Source: an uncultured virus (IMG/VR IMGVR_UViG_3300042560_002875) (Duplodnaviria; Heunggongvirae; Uroviricota; Caudoviricetes). Taken from it: a stretch of DNA of 64,000 nt. Positions 27,578 to 38,478 of this stretch are shown here, one piece after another. The stretch's first letter is position 1. Every line of letters starts with the position of its first letter. The stretch lies in IMG/VR virus record IMGVR_UViG_3300042560_002875; one strand, given 5' to 3'. The notes under the pieces are model-generated. The model was not told where the DNA came from. It did not search any database and saw only the letters and a program-made list of their open reading frames with translations. Position numbers and translations under genes: made by a program.

Positions 27578-28383
27578 TCATGACAGTCCTTGTTCGTCCC
27601 ACCCCTGCGCTTGAGGTCAGTACCTTCCGTGAGTTGCCATTCTTCGGTCGAGGCAATGGCAAACTCCCTGATTCCTTCTTGACCTTCTCGCTTCCCTCTG
27701 GGCACACCTGCCCTGGCGCCTTAACCTGCCTTGCGCTTTCCGATCGGAATACCGGCCAAATTACGGATGGCCCTCAACAGATTATTCGTTGCTACGAGGT
27801 CAGTACGGAGCAGCGTTATTCCACGGCTCGCAATAGCCGCTGGCGCAATTTCGATCTTGTGCGCCATGCCGCTCCAGATGCCCTCAGGGACATCCTCCTC
27901 GGCGGCATCGAGCGCTCCAGGCAGCACAAGACCACCCATGTCCGCTGGTTCGCTGGCGGCGACTGTTTCTCGGTGGCCCTCCGTGATGGCATCATTGCCG
28001 CTGCGGAGAGGACTCCTGATTTGATCCACTACTTCTACACCAAGAACCTGCCGCTCTTTGTGGTGGAGAATCCTCCAAGACTTCTTCCCCTGCCACAAAA
28101 CCTCAGGGTCACGGCATCATGGGGCGGCAAGTTCGATCACCTGATCGAGCAGGGAATCTTCCCTCGCTCTGCTCGCGTCCTCAACTATGAGCACGAAGCA
28201 GAAGCCCTGGGACTCCCCGTTGACAAGACGGACTACCTGGCCTGGACGGAGACACCCTCCCACTTCTGCCACCTGAGCCACGGCTTCCAGCCCCCTGGCA
28301 CCCCCGCCGCAGAAGCCATCAAAATACGTCGTCGCAACGGAGAGTTCACAGGCTATGGAAGCAAGCGCAAATCAGGAGCCTGA
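27574..28383 (+). CDS. GP88-like phage protein
   Basis: FSLPSGHTCPGA..C, CY, RWF.GGD.FS, YFYTK motifs. Confidence 0.65.
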   Translation: MIMTVLVRPTPALEVSTFRELPFFGRGNGKLPDSFLTFSLPSGHTCPGALTCLALSDRNTGQITDGPQQIIRCYEVSTEQRYSTARNSRWRNFDLVRHAAPDALRDILLGGIERSRQHKTTHVRWFAGGDCFSVALRDGIIAAAERTPDLIHYFYTKNLPLFVVENPPRLLPLPQNLRVTASWGGKFDHLIEQGIFPRSARVLNYEHEAEALGLPVDKTDYLAWTETPSHFCHLSHGFQPPGTPAAEAIKIRRRNGEFTGYGSKRKSGA

Positions 28384-28982
28384 CTCCATTGAGATCACTA
28401 GCCACTGCCTCTTGCGCTACTACGTTGCCCTCTCCCTCGAGGCCGCCCGTATTGACCACTACTGTCAAAGGGCGGATCGAGAGCTTAATCTCAAGACGCG
28501 GCGGGTTTACTCAGCCAAGCAGTGGCTTAAGATTCTCGAGCCCTACTACCAAAAACGTTTCGCACCTACCAACCAAAATGACCAAGCCCACAAAAAAGGC
28601 TGCGATGACTGACCTTGAGTTTTTGATGGCAATCAAATCCTACATTGAAGAAATGCAGGTAGTAATAGACGGGGAATGGGGATCCTGCCGCCGTATCGCC
28701 GAGCTGATCAGGGCAGGAGAGATGCCGCAGCCGATCTACTCCGAGGTCATTTCCCGTATTGAGTCTCTAACATTCCTAACGTTCACTAGCGATTAGCGCC
28801 TGCCGCCTCGGCAGCGGGTGACAACACCCGTACCAACCCCGACGGAGTACCGCTCGTGACCAAGGCCCGTAGGTGCCGACTAAAGGTGATACCCAGAATC
28901 AACGTCGCTGCCGTAATGACCAACCCGCCAATCAGTATGGCGTTCTCGGTCCTGCGGCAGCAGCGCTCGTTTCCTTGGCAAG

Positions 28983-29219
28983 TCACGGCCTCAGCTCCAG
29001 CTGGGTGATTCGGCGATCGTGTGATTTGAGGTCTACCTTGATCTGCACGATCTCCTCTGATTGCTCCTTCTGATTATCGAGGATGGCATCCAACTGCAGT
29101 GGCACCTTGTAACCAATCCACAAGATCGCAGCACCACCTGCCATCACCAAAGCGGAGACAGCATTCAGTCGAATCTGATACCAGAAATCGACGTCCTCCC
29201 GGTCTTGTTCGTCGCTCAA
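28983..29219 (-). CDS. Small membrane protein with coiled-coil tail
   Basis: One hydrophobic helix followed by a heptad-like tail. Confidence 0.5.
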   Translation of the reverse strand: MSDEQDREDVDFWYQIRLNAVSALVMAGGAAILWIGYKVPLQLDAILDNQKEQSEEIVQIKVDLKSHDRRITQLELRP

Positions 29220-29477
29220 GGCAAGGCGGCTAATCGCCTTCTATCCTATTGAAACCCAGCTGGCACAATGCTTTACACATCAAGCGCAGGTCTCCAGGCT
29301 TCCTAGCCTGGTTCAGCTGATGAAGCTGTCATGTCATTCCGGATGGTCAGACTTGTCCATCGTGAAACCGGTGCGCCCATCCTTGCTGACTGGACGCCAA
29401 CGATCACCATGGACGAATTGCTGGAGGCCAATCATGGGCTCCAGGCGCGCAACCTCCCATGGAAGTGGGTCCTTGCC

Positions 29478-30314
29478 TCAATGGCTCCAGGTGACGTGCG
29501 GCCCGGGACCCCTGAACCACTCGACGAATCTCCGCAGTAAGGACCGCTTCGGCTTCCTTGCCGGTGGGGCAAACCTGGGGCTTTTCCTCCCCCACCAATT
29601 AGCCCCCATTTCGTCAGTGCTTTCCAAGTGGATCAAGAGAATCTCGGGAAGCAATTCCCGTTTGGCTCTTGGCCACTTCTTACAGAACAGCACGTCAGTT
29701 CGATCTGCCGCTCCATGCTCTGTTGGATATCTGGTGATTCCAGAACTCTGTGGATTCCACAGCTGGAAGTATCCCAGCGGTTCGTATCCACCCCAGTAGC
29801 TCATGTACTGGGCCAAGCGAATCCCAACTGGAAATGCTGTTGGGTGAATGAAAACCCAACTGTCCTGGATCGGCTTTGGAGCACACATGAATTCAGCCCA
29901 CGCCTCATAGCTGGGACACATCAGTCGGTCAACCCCGTAGACCTTCTGTGGATCCAGCTGCAGCCGGTCGATAATCGACCTCGTCTGCGGAGGCATGTAA
30001 ATGTCTGCATCCATGTGGACTGTCCAGCCACGAAGAGATAGCTTGGCTAGCCCTTCGTTGATGCCCGCACCCTTGTTGAAATCGTCCCCGTTCCTGTAGA
30101 ACACATCTGTTTCGACGCATTCAACGTTGTAGTAACGGCAAAGGCTCACGGTCTCCTCATCCCCAGGTGCCGTGACCACGACCATGCGATCGAACTGGCT
30201 TTTGTTATGCGGCAACGTGTGGGCTAGGAAGTCTGCATAGTTCACGCAGACCACGACTGCCTCCATCGGCAGCCAGGTGGGCTTTGGTTCCGGCTTGTCG
30301 GGAAGCTGAGACAT
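29478..30314 (-). CDS. Glycosyltransferase family 2 (GT-A)
   Basis: VVCVNYADFL, FNKGAGIN, HMDADI (DxD), GYFQL. Confidence 0.8.
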   Translation of the reverse strand: MSQLPDKPEPKPTWLPMEAVVVCVNYADFLAHTLPHNKSQFDRMVVVTAPGDEETVSLCRYYNVECVETDVFYRNGDDFNKGAGINEGLAKLSLRGWTVHMDADIYMPPQTRSIIDRLQLDPQKVYGVDRLMCPSYEAWAEFMCAPKPIQDSWVFIHPTAFPVGIRLAQYMSYWGGYEPLGYFQLWNPQSSGITRYPTEHGAADRTDVLFCKKWPRAKRELLPEILLIHLESTDEMGANWWGRKSPRFAPPARKPKRSLLRRFVEWFRGPGPHVTWSH

Positions 30315-30449
30315 GGTAGTGCCCTGAAAACAGCCCAGCTCGTAACAGCTCGTGCAGAATGACTCACTGGTCAATCACCACGGCCGAACGACGCAGGGCC
30401 CACCCTTAGCCTAGCGATCTCCGCTTGGTGGCTTTCATCTAATCCATCT

Positions 30450-31067
30450 ATGTTTCGCCTCAATTCTTCCCTCTTCTCCCACGCAGCCGATGTCGTCGGG
30501 AAGTTCGCTCCCTGCCAGGGGATTGAGCTAGCACCGCACCCCTCCGGCAAGGGCGTCACCGTCGCAGCACTTGCCGATTCCCAGGCCATGGTCGTCATCG
30601 GCTACGACCCCAAGGGCGTCACAGATGAACCCGCAACGGTGTTCCTCCCCACCCCTGAGATCAAGACCGCCAGCAAGGGGATCAAAAGCGCTGAAAGGGA
30701 ACTGGCCATTGAAGACGGACTGGCCACGGTGACCACGTACTACCAGTCGCACTCCGTCGGTAAATCATTCCCCATCGCCACAACAAGTGTCCCCTTCCCT
30801 CCGGTTCGCTCTGTCATCGCCAGAGCCGTCGAGTTTTGGGGCTCTGCGCCAATCCAGCTGGGATCCTCTGGGCGATACGACCTGCCCCTGCTGCTCTCTG
30901 CGATGCGGTCTATGGCTGATGCAACCCAATCACTGGTTGTCTCCCCCTATCCCAATGGCCCCCTGCGTCTGCAGAGAGAGGATCTTTCTCTTGTGGCCAT
31001 GCTGATGCCCCAGACAGCGGTCCCCATCCCGCCCCTGCCTGACTGGCTACTGGAGTACGGCGCTTAG
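30450..31067 (+). CDS. Putative sliding-clamp (DNA pol III beta)-like protein
   Basis: GIEL...G.GV...A.D; FP...SVI; VAMLMP C-terminal pattern. Confidence 0.45.
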   Translation: MFRLNSSLFSHAADVVGKFAPCQGIELAPHPSGKGVTVAALADSQAMVVIGYDPKGVTDEPATVFLPTPEIKTASKGIKSAERELAIEDGLATVTTYYQSHSVGKSFPIATTSVPFPPVRSVIARAVEFWGSAPIQLGSSGRYDLPLLLSAMRSMADATQSLVVSPYPNGPLRLQREDLSLVAMLMPQTAVPIPPLPDWLLEYGA

Positions 31068-31094
31068 TGCAATGCCCGATGTATCAAGCAATGC

Positions 31095-31122
31095 TTGACA
31101 CTTCGCGCACTTTAGATATCTT
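31095..31122 (+). promoter_or_regulatory. Putative sigma70 promoter overlapping an inverted repeat
   Basis: TTGACA-16nt-TATCTT; TCAAGCA-A-TGCTTGA palindrome over the -35 box. Confidence 0.45.
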
Positions 31123-31124
31123 GG

Positions 31125-31814
31125 TTGCGCCCTGCCCGAATTCGCTTGACCTATGCGGCAGCTGTCGTTGTCCTGACCGGGAACCCCCAGTCCGTTGTAG
31201 ACGGCAGTCGTGAATTTCTCTGCGCCACTGGGGAGATCCCCTCAGGCCAGACCCCCGTCCTTGTGGATGTGAGGGCTTTCAAAGATGGGCCCGCAGCTGG
31301 GCTCCTTGCACAGAAGATCGTCGGTGATCGCATCCTGGTCTCTGGCGATGTCCTGCTCATGGAAGGCTCCAGCCAGCCTGTCATCACGGCTTTCGTCTGT
31401 TGCCCCGCTACTGACGAGCAGTACCTCAACGAGGTCACTCTTGTCGGTCGCATCGGTAGCGAACCCAAGCCAGCCGGGAAATCAACCCGGCGATCTGTGG
31501 CTCTGAATCGGTACCTCCCCAATCCGCAGGGAGGAGACCCGATTGAGCAGACCGATTGGTATGGTTGCCGGGTATTCGGTACCACCCAGGAGCGCTTCTC
31601 CAGGGTGGATATCGGTGCACTGGTGGAGGTCTCTGGATCGTTCTCCCAGATGACCTCCTCTACCAATGAGCCCTACTGTGAGGTTAAGGTTCGCTCCTTC
31701 CGAGTCCACAGAGGGCGCGGCGGCAGCAGTGATCCCGCTACGGGTACTGCGGCAGTCGGCTACGACCAGGCCTCTTTTGAGGCCGATCACGACATTCATC
31801 CCAACTGGAACTAA
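31125..31814 (+). CDS. ssb: SSB with two OB folds
   Basis: NEVTLVGRIGSEP, TDWYGCRVFG, GALVEVSG; N-terminal half similar. Confidence 0.7.
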   Translation: MRPARIRLTYAAAVVVLTGNPQSVVDGSREFLCATGEIPSGQTPVLVDVRAFKDGPAAGLLAQKIVGDRILVSGDVLLMEGSSQPVITAFVCCPATDEQYLNEVTLVGRIGSEPKPAGKSTRRSVALNRYLPNPQGGDPIEQTDWYGCRVFGTTQERFSRVDIGALVEVSGSFSQMTSSTNEPYCEVKVRSFRVHRGRGGSSDPATGTAAVGYDQASFEADHDIHPNWN

Positions 31815-31828
31815 GCCCAACCCAATTC

Positions 31829-32524
31829 ATGACATCACCATTCCCAACCAACTACAAACCGACCGACGAACGCTTTTCCAGTAACCGCTTCTTCAATGCC
31901 AAGTCCCTATCGGAGGGAAAGACGGTTGAGATCCGCCTCTGCGGCACTGCTGCCACTGGGCATGTGATCTCCGGCTACAAATACTTCACGATGGAGAAGC
32001 GCCCCCGTTTGTTCCCTCTCTTCCCAAGGGGTTACGCCGCTGACATTGGCATGGCCTTCAATGGCCAGGAGAAGGCGGAGCCCTTCTACTTCCTGAGCTG
32101 GGCAGCCCTGATGAAAGGAGCTGACGAGCCCGTGATCTTTGAGATCACCCAGCCTTCTCTCCAGACATCAATCGAGCAGACCCTCGCCCTCGAGGACTAC
32201 CAGGTCGATGACGGTAAGCCTGCGAATTTTTACCTGACCATCTCCAAGGTTTCAAAAAACAACAAGCCCACCTACACGGCGATTCCAACGCTGAAGGCCG
32301 TCTCGAAGAACGATGCCCCATTCAAGCTGTGGGAAGCATCCCGCTCCTCGATCTGGCTACCTGCCATGTTCGAGGGTGGTGATCCCTTTGCTGGTCCCCC
32401 AGCAGGGGCTACAGGTGCGGATCCGCAGCTGAATGCCACTGTGATTCCAGCCGGCGGGAGGGATGTGCTTGGTGCTGACGAAGAACTCGAAAGCACTCCT
32501 GTTGCTGCAGGCAGTGGCTGGTAA
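31829..32524 (+). CDS. Phage ssDNA-binding/recombination-type protein
   Basis: IFEITQ, AMFEGGDPF motif, acidic tail; adjacent to ssb. Confidence 0.45.
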   Translation: MTSPFPTNYKPTDERFSSNRFFNAKSLSEGKTVEIRLCGTAATGHVISGYKYFTMEKRPRLFPLFPRGYAADIGMAFNGQEKAEPFYFLSWAALMKGADEPVIFEITQPSLQTSIEQTLALEDYQVDDGKPANFYLTISKVSKNNKPTYTAIPTLKAVSKNDAPFKLWEASRSSIWLPAMFEGGDPFAGPPAGATGADPQLNATVIPAGGRDVLGADEELESTPVAAGSGW

Positions 32525-33304
32525 TTACTTGTAACGCCCGGCCGCTCACTCGTGGGGCGGCTGGCTGTTTTCCTGCAGTTGCTGGAGGAGGGCCTCCCCG
32601 GGATCTGCGTCATTGCGCATCCCAAGGGACAAGGCCCTGGCCGCCTCCATCCCTGCCCACCGTAGGGCTGCTGGTTGCACAACCAGTGCGTGCTTTCCCA
32701 GCAATAGGCATAGCTCCTTGAGATCCTTGAGCCCTGCCTTCTCAACAAGAAGCTCCAGTTGCCTGTACTGGAAATGGGCTTCAAGGGTTGCCTCCATCTC
32801 CATGCCCGATCCAGTCGTCATTCATTGCGCCCACTCTCGTTACACGCTAACTACTATGAGCCAAAGCCTCCAAGATGACAGTTCTGTCACGCACTCAACG
32901 ACCAGCGTTGGACTCCTAGCCACCCTGGTCGAAGCTTGCGAACAAGTCGCTTCTGCACCGACGGTTCTCGAAGCCCGGGAGGGGGAGGTCATTCTCTTGA
33001 CTCTCCCCCCTTCCTCCAGGTGTAGCGAGGCTGCTATTGGGTGGACCCACATAGCTTGCCTGCGTGAGCTGGTGGACACTGCGTTGATCATTTCTTTCGC
33101 GCCCCTTAAAGGCATGACTTCCGCAACAGGAGATTACGCGTATGTCGTTCTCAGACCCAGGTCTTCTGCAGCTTCTGCAGGAGGCAGTACAGAAGTCGGA
33201 TGTGCGCCAACTGATTGAGCGCTACGGTGTAAACCAGGTCAATCAGGCCTGGAAACAGCTCGATCCTGTGCACCGAGCATCACTCCAATTCTGCCGAGCA
33301 TTCG

Positions 33305-33757
33305 ATGGCGTCCTCGTCCAAAGACTCTCCGACACCCCCGAAGGATCTAGTAGCGATCGAGCTCCGAGCGATCCGCATGGGGATCACCTCGGGGCTCACG
33401 CTTCTTCAGGAGACGAAGCAATTGCAACAGAAGCAGCTGGAGCAGCTCTCGGAGTTGAACCGCCTAATCGACGGCTTCACCTCCAGTGGCAGCAGCTTCC
33501 GCTCGTACCAGACTGATCCCATGGTGATCGTCTACGCCTCCATCCTTGGTCCCATCCTGGGTGACCGATTGGATTCGGTTGTTGCTAAGGCGGCCGACTA
33601 CGAGGATCTCATGATCAAAGGCGCGATTCCTTACGCACGCCGATTGCTGCGAGAGCTTGACGCTTACCAGGAACGCGGAGACGGGCGCAGCTACCTGGAG
33701 CATGTGGCTGGAGATATCAAGCCGCCTACTGAACCACCTGCTACTGCATCAACATGA
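33305..33757 (+). CDS. Hypothetical protein
   Basis: 150-aa ORF coupled to the peptidase gene. Confidence 0.6.
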   Translation: MASSSKDSPTPPKDLVAIELRAIRMGITSGLTLLQETKQLQQKQLEQLSELNRLIDGFTSSGSSFRSYQTDPMVIVYASILGPILGDRLDSVVAKAADYEDLMIKGAIPYARRLLRELDAYQERGDGRSYLEHVAGDIKPPTEPPATAST

Positions 33758-35892
33758 AACCGCTACAGGATCAGCTCTTCACGAGCAGCGTCACCATCAA
33801 TGACCCCGCCCTCACCAACGGCCACTTATGGGGCATGGGCCCTGGCTTTGGCTCCAATGCCGAAGCAGCATGGAAAACGGGCTACACGGGATCGAGGGAT
33901 GTTTATGTGGGAATTATTGACACAGGGGTGGATTTTACCCACCCAGATTTGGCTGCGAATATCTGGCGCAATCCCTTCGAGGTAGAGGGAGACGGAATTG
34001 ATAATGATGGAAACGGCTACATTGATGATATTCGCGGCTGGGATTTTGATAAAAACGACAATACGATTTACGACGGCCCTCAAGATGGCCACGGCACCCA
34101 TGTAGCCGGCATCATCGGGGCTGTTGGTGGCAATGGTCAAGGTGTGGTTGGGGTGGCCCCCAACGTGAAGATTATCTCCCTCAAGTTCATAGGGAATCAC
34201 GGCGGAACGACCATCGGGGTCCAGAGGGCCTTGGATTACCTGACGGATCTAAAGCGTCGTCATGGCCTCAACATCGTGGCCAGTAACAATTCATGGGGAG
34301 GTGGAACAGGCCCTTGGATGGAAGACGCCATGGTTAGAGCCGCGCAAGCGGGCATTTTGTTCGTTGCTGCTTCTGGCAATGCCGGTCGGGACAGCGATGT
34401 TGTCCCCTCCTACCCATCGGGAATTAGCACCTTGCAAAGAGCCGGTTACGAAGCCGTCATCTCTGTAACAGGAATAGACAGCGACGGGAATCAACAATTT
34501 AATTATGGAAGGACAACGGTAGACTTGGGTGCTCCATCTACCGGAATTTATTCTACCCTGCCAGGGAACAACTACAGTACCCTGAGCGGCAGTTCTATGG
34601 CGGCGCCGCATGTTGCGGGAGCGATTGCACTTTACGCCGCAAAGCATCCCAACTCCAGTGCTCGACAGATTCGAGAAGCGTTGCTAGCAAGTACCACTCC
34701 GACAGCCTCTTTGGTAGGCAGAACGGCGACAGGCGGTCGGCTGAATGTAGCGGCATTCCTGAACACTCCACCAACTGGCGCTTCTCCGGCTCCAACACCA
34801 GCTCCGGCACCTGCTCCTGCTCCCATTCCAGCACCTCCAACAACAGCACCTCCAACACCAGCACCTCCACCGGGAGCACTGGTGCCGGTTTCAGTCACCG
34901 CAATAGACCTGGATGGATTCACTGCTTCCCCGGTGTTCGAGCAGGTGGCCAACGCCTTTGATGGCAATGTGAACACCAAGTATCTGAACATCGGTGGAGC
35001 CAACTCAGGCGTTGAGCTGCGCTTTGCAAGCCCAACACGTCTGGGTTCTTTCTCCCTGTCCACGGCGAATGACACACCTGGCAGGGATCCGTCCTCGTAT
35101 CAGATCTATGGATTCCAGAGCGGATCCTGGCAGCTCCTCACCTCAGGTGCTTTGCAACTGCCAGCGGCGCGTCTTACTGCTGGCAACAGCATTGCATTGC
35201 CAGAGCTGCCAATTCTGACGAGCTATCGGGTGATCTTCCCGACTTTGAAGCTGGAGGGCAGCATGATGCAAATCGCAGATCTACGGCTCTACGGCCACTC
35301 GCCGGCTCCCACTCCAGCGCCACCTGCTCCTGCACCACCGGCACCAGCGCCGCCAACACCAGCCCCTGAGCCAGTTCCGCCATCGCCGGCACCAGCGCCA
35401 GCACCAGGGCTTCTTCCCGCACCATCAAGAACCACTGCGATGGATCTCGACGGTTTTAGTGACTCTCCCAGATTCGAGCAGGTGGGGAATGCGTTTGACA
35501 GTGATCCCCTCACCAAGTACCTGAACATCGGGGGGACTCGGTCAGGTGTTGAGTTCTCATATTTAAGAGAGACCCAACTCACTGGGTTCAGGGTAACCAC
35601 AGCAAATGACATGCCCGGCAGGGATCCTGCCTCTTACCAGATCTATGGGCAGAGAAATGGATCCTGGGATCTTCTGATCTCAGGCGGCCTGCAGTTGCCC
35701 ACTGCGCGACTGACAGAAGCTCCAGCCGTCTCCCTTGATGGGCTGTCAGCACTGACCACATACCGCCTGGTGTTTCCAACCCTCAGAGCGGATGGCAACA
35801 TGATGCAAATCGCAGATCTGAAGTTGTATGGCAGCCAGACCGGTTTTGCCACGGCTGATCACCCATTCCAACAATTCATCTCCAACCCATGA
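33754..35892 (+). CDS. S8 subtilisin-like protease with Pro-rich linkers and two repeated discoidin/F5-8C-like domains
   Basis: IIDTG, HGTHVAG, AASGN, GSSMAAPHVAG; two similar NAFD...TKYL...ANDxPGRDP domains. Confidence 0.9.
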   Translation: MKPLQDQLFTSSVTINDPALTNGHLWGMGPGFGSNAEAAWKTGYTGSRDVYVGIIDTGVDFTHPDLAANIWRNPFEVEGDGIDNDGNGYIDDIRGWDFDKNDNTIYDGPQDGHGTHVAGIIGAVGGNGQGVVGVAPNVKIISLKFIGNHGGTTIGVQRALDYLTDLKRRHGLNIVASNNSWGGGTGPWMEDAMVRAAQAGILFVAASGNAGRDSDVVPSYPSGISTLQRAGYEAVISVTGIDSDGNQQFNYGRTTVDLGAPSTGIYSTLPGNNYSTLSGSSMAAPHVAGAIALYAAKHPNSSARQIREALLASTTPTASLVGRTATGGRLNVAAFLNTPPTGASPAPTPAPAPAPAPIPAPPTTAPPTPAPPPGALVPVSVTAIDLDGFTASPVFEQVANAFDGNVNTKYLNIGGANSGVELRFASPTRLGSFSLSTANDTPGRDPSSYQIYGFQSGSWQLLTSGALQLPAARLTAGNSIALPELPILTSYRVIFPTLKLEGSMMQIADLRLYGHSPAPTPAPPAPAPPAPAPPTPAPEPVPPSPAPAPAPGLLPAPSRTTAMDLDGFSDSPRFEQVGNAFDSDPLTKYLNIGGTRSGVEFSYLRETQLTGFRVTTANDMPGRDPASYQIYGQRNGSWDLLISGGLQLPTARLTEAPAVSLDGLSALTTYRLVFPTLRADGNMMQIADLKLYGSQTGFATADHPFQQFISNP

Positions 35893-38367
35893 CCGTTGAA
35901 ACTGAACTCTCCTCCGCCGCGCAAGCGGTACTAGATGCTTATCACATGCGGGCCGATCATGAAGGCCCTAAGTGCCCTGAGGTATGCTTTATTGCCGAAG
36001 CCCTTCTCGCCCTGGAAGAGCAACTCGCGCAAGACAAGCCAGCCCCCATGAGTAGCGATCTTGGGGTTGCGGTTCTTACTGAGCGGATCAGGATGCTTCG
36101 GAAGATAAGCGCCATCGCCGCCGAGCTGGAGGCCTATCCATTCGCCAACACCAAAGGAGACCACAGCTGATGTTTTCAGTCAAGCAAAAGCGTGAGATCG
36201 CAGACGCTGTTCAACAAATCCTGCGAGCAACCAACCATCCCGAGCTGCCAGCTAGTGAAATCCAGTTTCTTCTTCATGTAGACGGTGCCGAATCTTGGAG
36301 CTGGGCCGACATCAGAAACAACGGTGCTGTACAGCGACCGGGTATTAACACTTGGAATGAACTGCAAGACCCCTCTACTGGGGCTTCCGAACTGGAGGGC
36401 GCTGTGGCCTCTCTCAACCGCGTCATTGTTCCAACCATAAACGACTGGAAACAAAGCCATGACTGATTGGAAAGCGCTGTGCGCTGAGCTGCTAGAGGCT
36501 CTTGAAAACGCTATCCGTGTGGTTTACCACGAAGACGGCACTAAGCACATCTCGACAGCCGACCCGGTGATTGCTAAGGCTGATGCCGCCCTGGCCAAGC
36601 CCGATCCGGAGGGGGGAGGGTCGATCCATGGCCCAGGGGGAGAGATCGTAGCGACGATCAGGGCTTACGCCTCGGTGGAGCCGCAGGTGGGCGCCAGCAG
36701 AATTCTTCACGAGTCAGATTTCGGAGTGGTCGCCCGTGCCATCCTCGCCCACCCCGCCATCAAGCCGGAGCTGGGGGAGGGAGAGGTGGAAGAGCTGGTC
36801 AGGCGACTGCGGGACTGGCAATCCATTCCATTACTGTCGGAGCGCGAACGCGCCGCCACCCTGCTCCAGCAGTTGTCTACTATCGCAACCGAGGATCTGG
36901 AAAATGGCTAATTGGAAAGAGCTGTGCGCTGAACTGGCCAACTATCTGCAAGGTCGGAAAGATCTTGAATGCGGCTGGGGGGAGGAAGATCCAGAGCAAG
37001 ACCTGCTAGACCGCACCCGCGCCGAACTGGCTAAGCCGGAGCCGCAGGGGCTTGAGTTGGTCTATCGCTACTGCCCAGTCACTATTGCAGAGTGCGGGGG
37101 CCCGTGCGAGCAAGGTCCTGAATACTGCGACTGCGGCGAAATAAAAGGCGAACCTCCGTCCCAGCCCGACCAGCCCGTGTCGGAGCATCGCCCCGTCTGG
37201 ACCGAGGGCATCTGCGGGGACGGTGCTGCCATCCTGAAGGACGGCGTGATGCAGCCCATAGAAGATGTGATCGCTGCGCTCAACGCCACATCCCTGGCCC
37301 AGCCGCCAGCTTCGTGGTGGAGGAGTGCGGGGCCGACAAACTACAACGAGGATTTTTGGCGCAGAGATGCACTAGAAAAACTTGTTCATGCAGCCGCAAG
37401 TTTCCGATTAGGTGTCTATAGCGCCGAAGAGCTTGAAATTTTTGAAAACAGAGCCCGCGCCATCCTCGCCCGCTGGGGTCGCCCCGGCGGCTTGGCTCCC
37501 CTGCCGGTGCCAACTAGCGAGGAGGCACCATGAGACCCGATATCAAGGCCTGCTGGGCAGAAGCACCGAGGCAGCTACCGAGGATTCCTCGGTCGCTCAA
37601 GGCGAAGGCGGTAGAAACCCCCACCCTGGACGACGACATCATGCGCCTTGCGGGTGAGCACTTCCCCTATATGCGAGGTGACGACTATGGCTCGGGCTTT
37701 ATCCCTGTCGACATGAGTTCCCACACGCTCGGTCGGGACTTGCTCAACTTTGCTCACGCGGTACGCGCCCTGCCGGTGCCGCCGCAGGAGGAGGCGCGGT
37801 GAACTCTGCGCCTCGCCAGCAATGCAAAGACATTCCCGATCGCCCAATCCTGGAGCTCCTTGCCCGAAGCCCAGGTGAATGGCACAACTGGTTTGAATGG
37901 CCGGGCAATACATTGACAGTTCGTCTTGCCATGCCACCCCGTACGCCAGACAAGTTAGCCCTTGCGAAAATGCGTCAATTACTACGTCGCGGCCTAGTCG
38001 ATGGATGCGGATGCGGTTGCCGTGGCGACTTTGAGATCACTAACAAGGGGCTGGCCTTTTTGGCTTTTGAATCACCCCTGTTGGCTCCCAGTTCACCTAC
38101 CCCTGAAACACCATGACGATTTCGCTTGCTGGACCTGAAGACTCCCAGATGTGGATGCAAGTTGGCGCGCCCACTGTCGACAAAACCCTGCCCGACGCTT
38201 ACCGCTTGGCTCGCTTCCAGACCGAGGAAGGCAGGACGCACCTAAAACTCCAGGGCTACTTCACATGGACCCAGGGATGCATGCGGGCGCTTTGTGGCGA
38301 ATGGAGGGACATCGAGACCGTCGATACTGACGCCAGTGACGACGAGCCCTATGGGCCGCTGCCGTGA
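35889..38367 (+). other. Run of 7 short coupled hypothetical ORFs (35889, 36170, 36459, 36904, 37530, 37799, 38113)
   Basis: Overlapping stops and starts; shared modules WK.LCAEL, ARAILA, LPVP..EEA. Confidence 0.6.
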
Positions 38368-38478
38368 TAGCTGCCCCTAGCTGATTCCATTCCCGATTGG
38401 ACGGCCCTACTTTCCGAATCAGCCGCTTGCAATTTCACCCCATGAGATCTAGTTACACTCAAGGAAATCAATTCCTAT

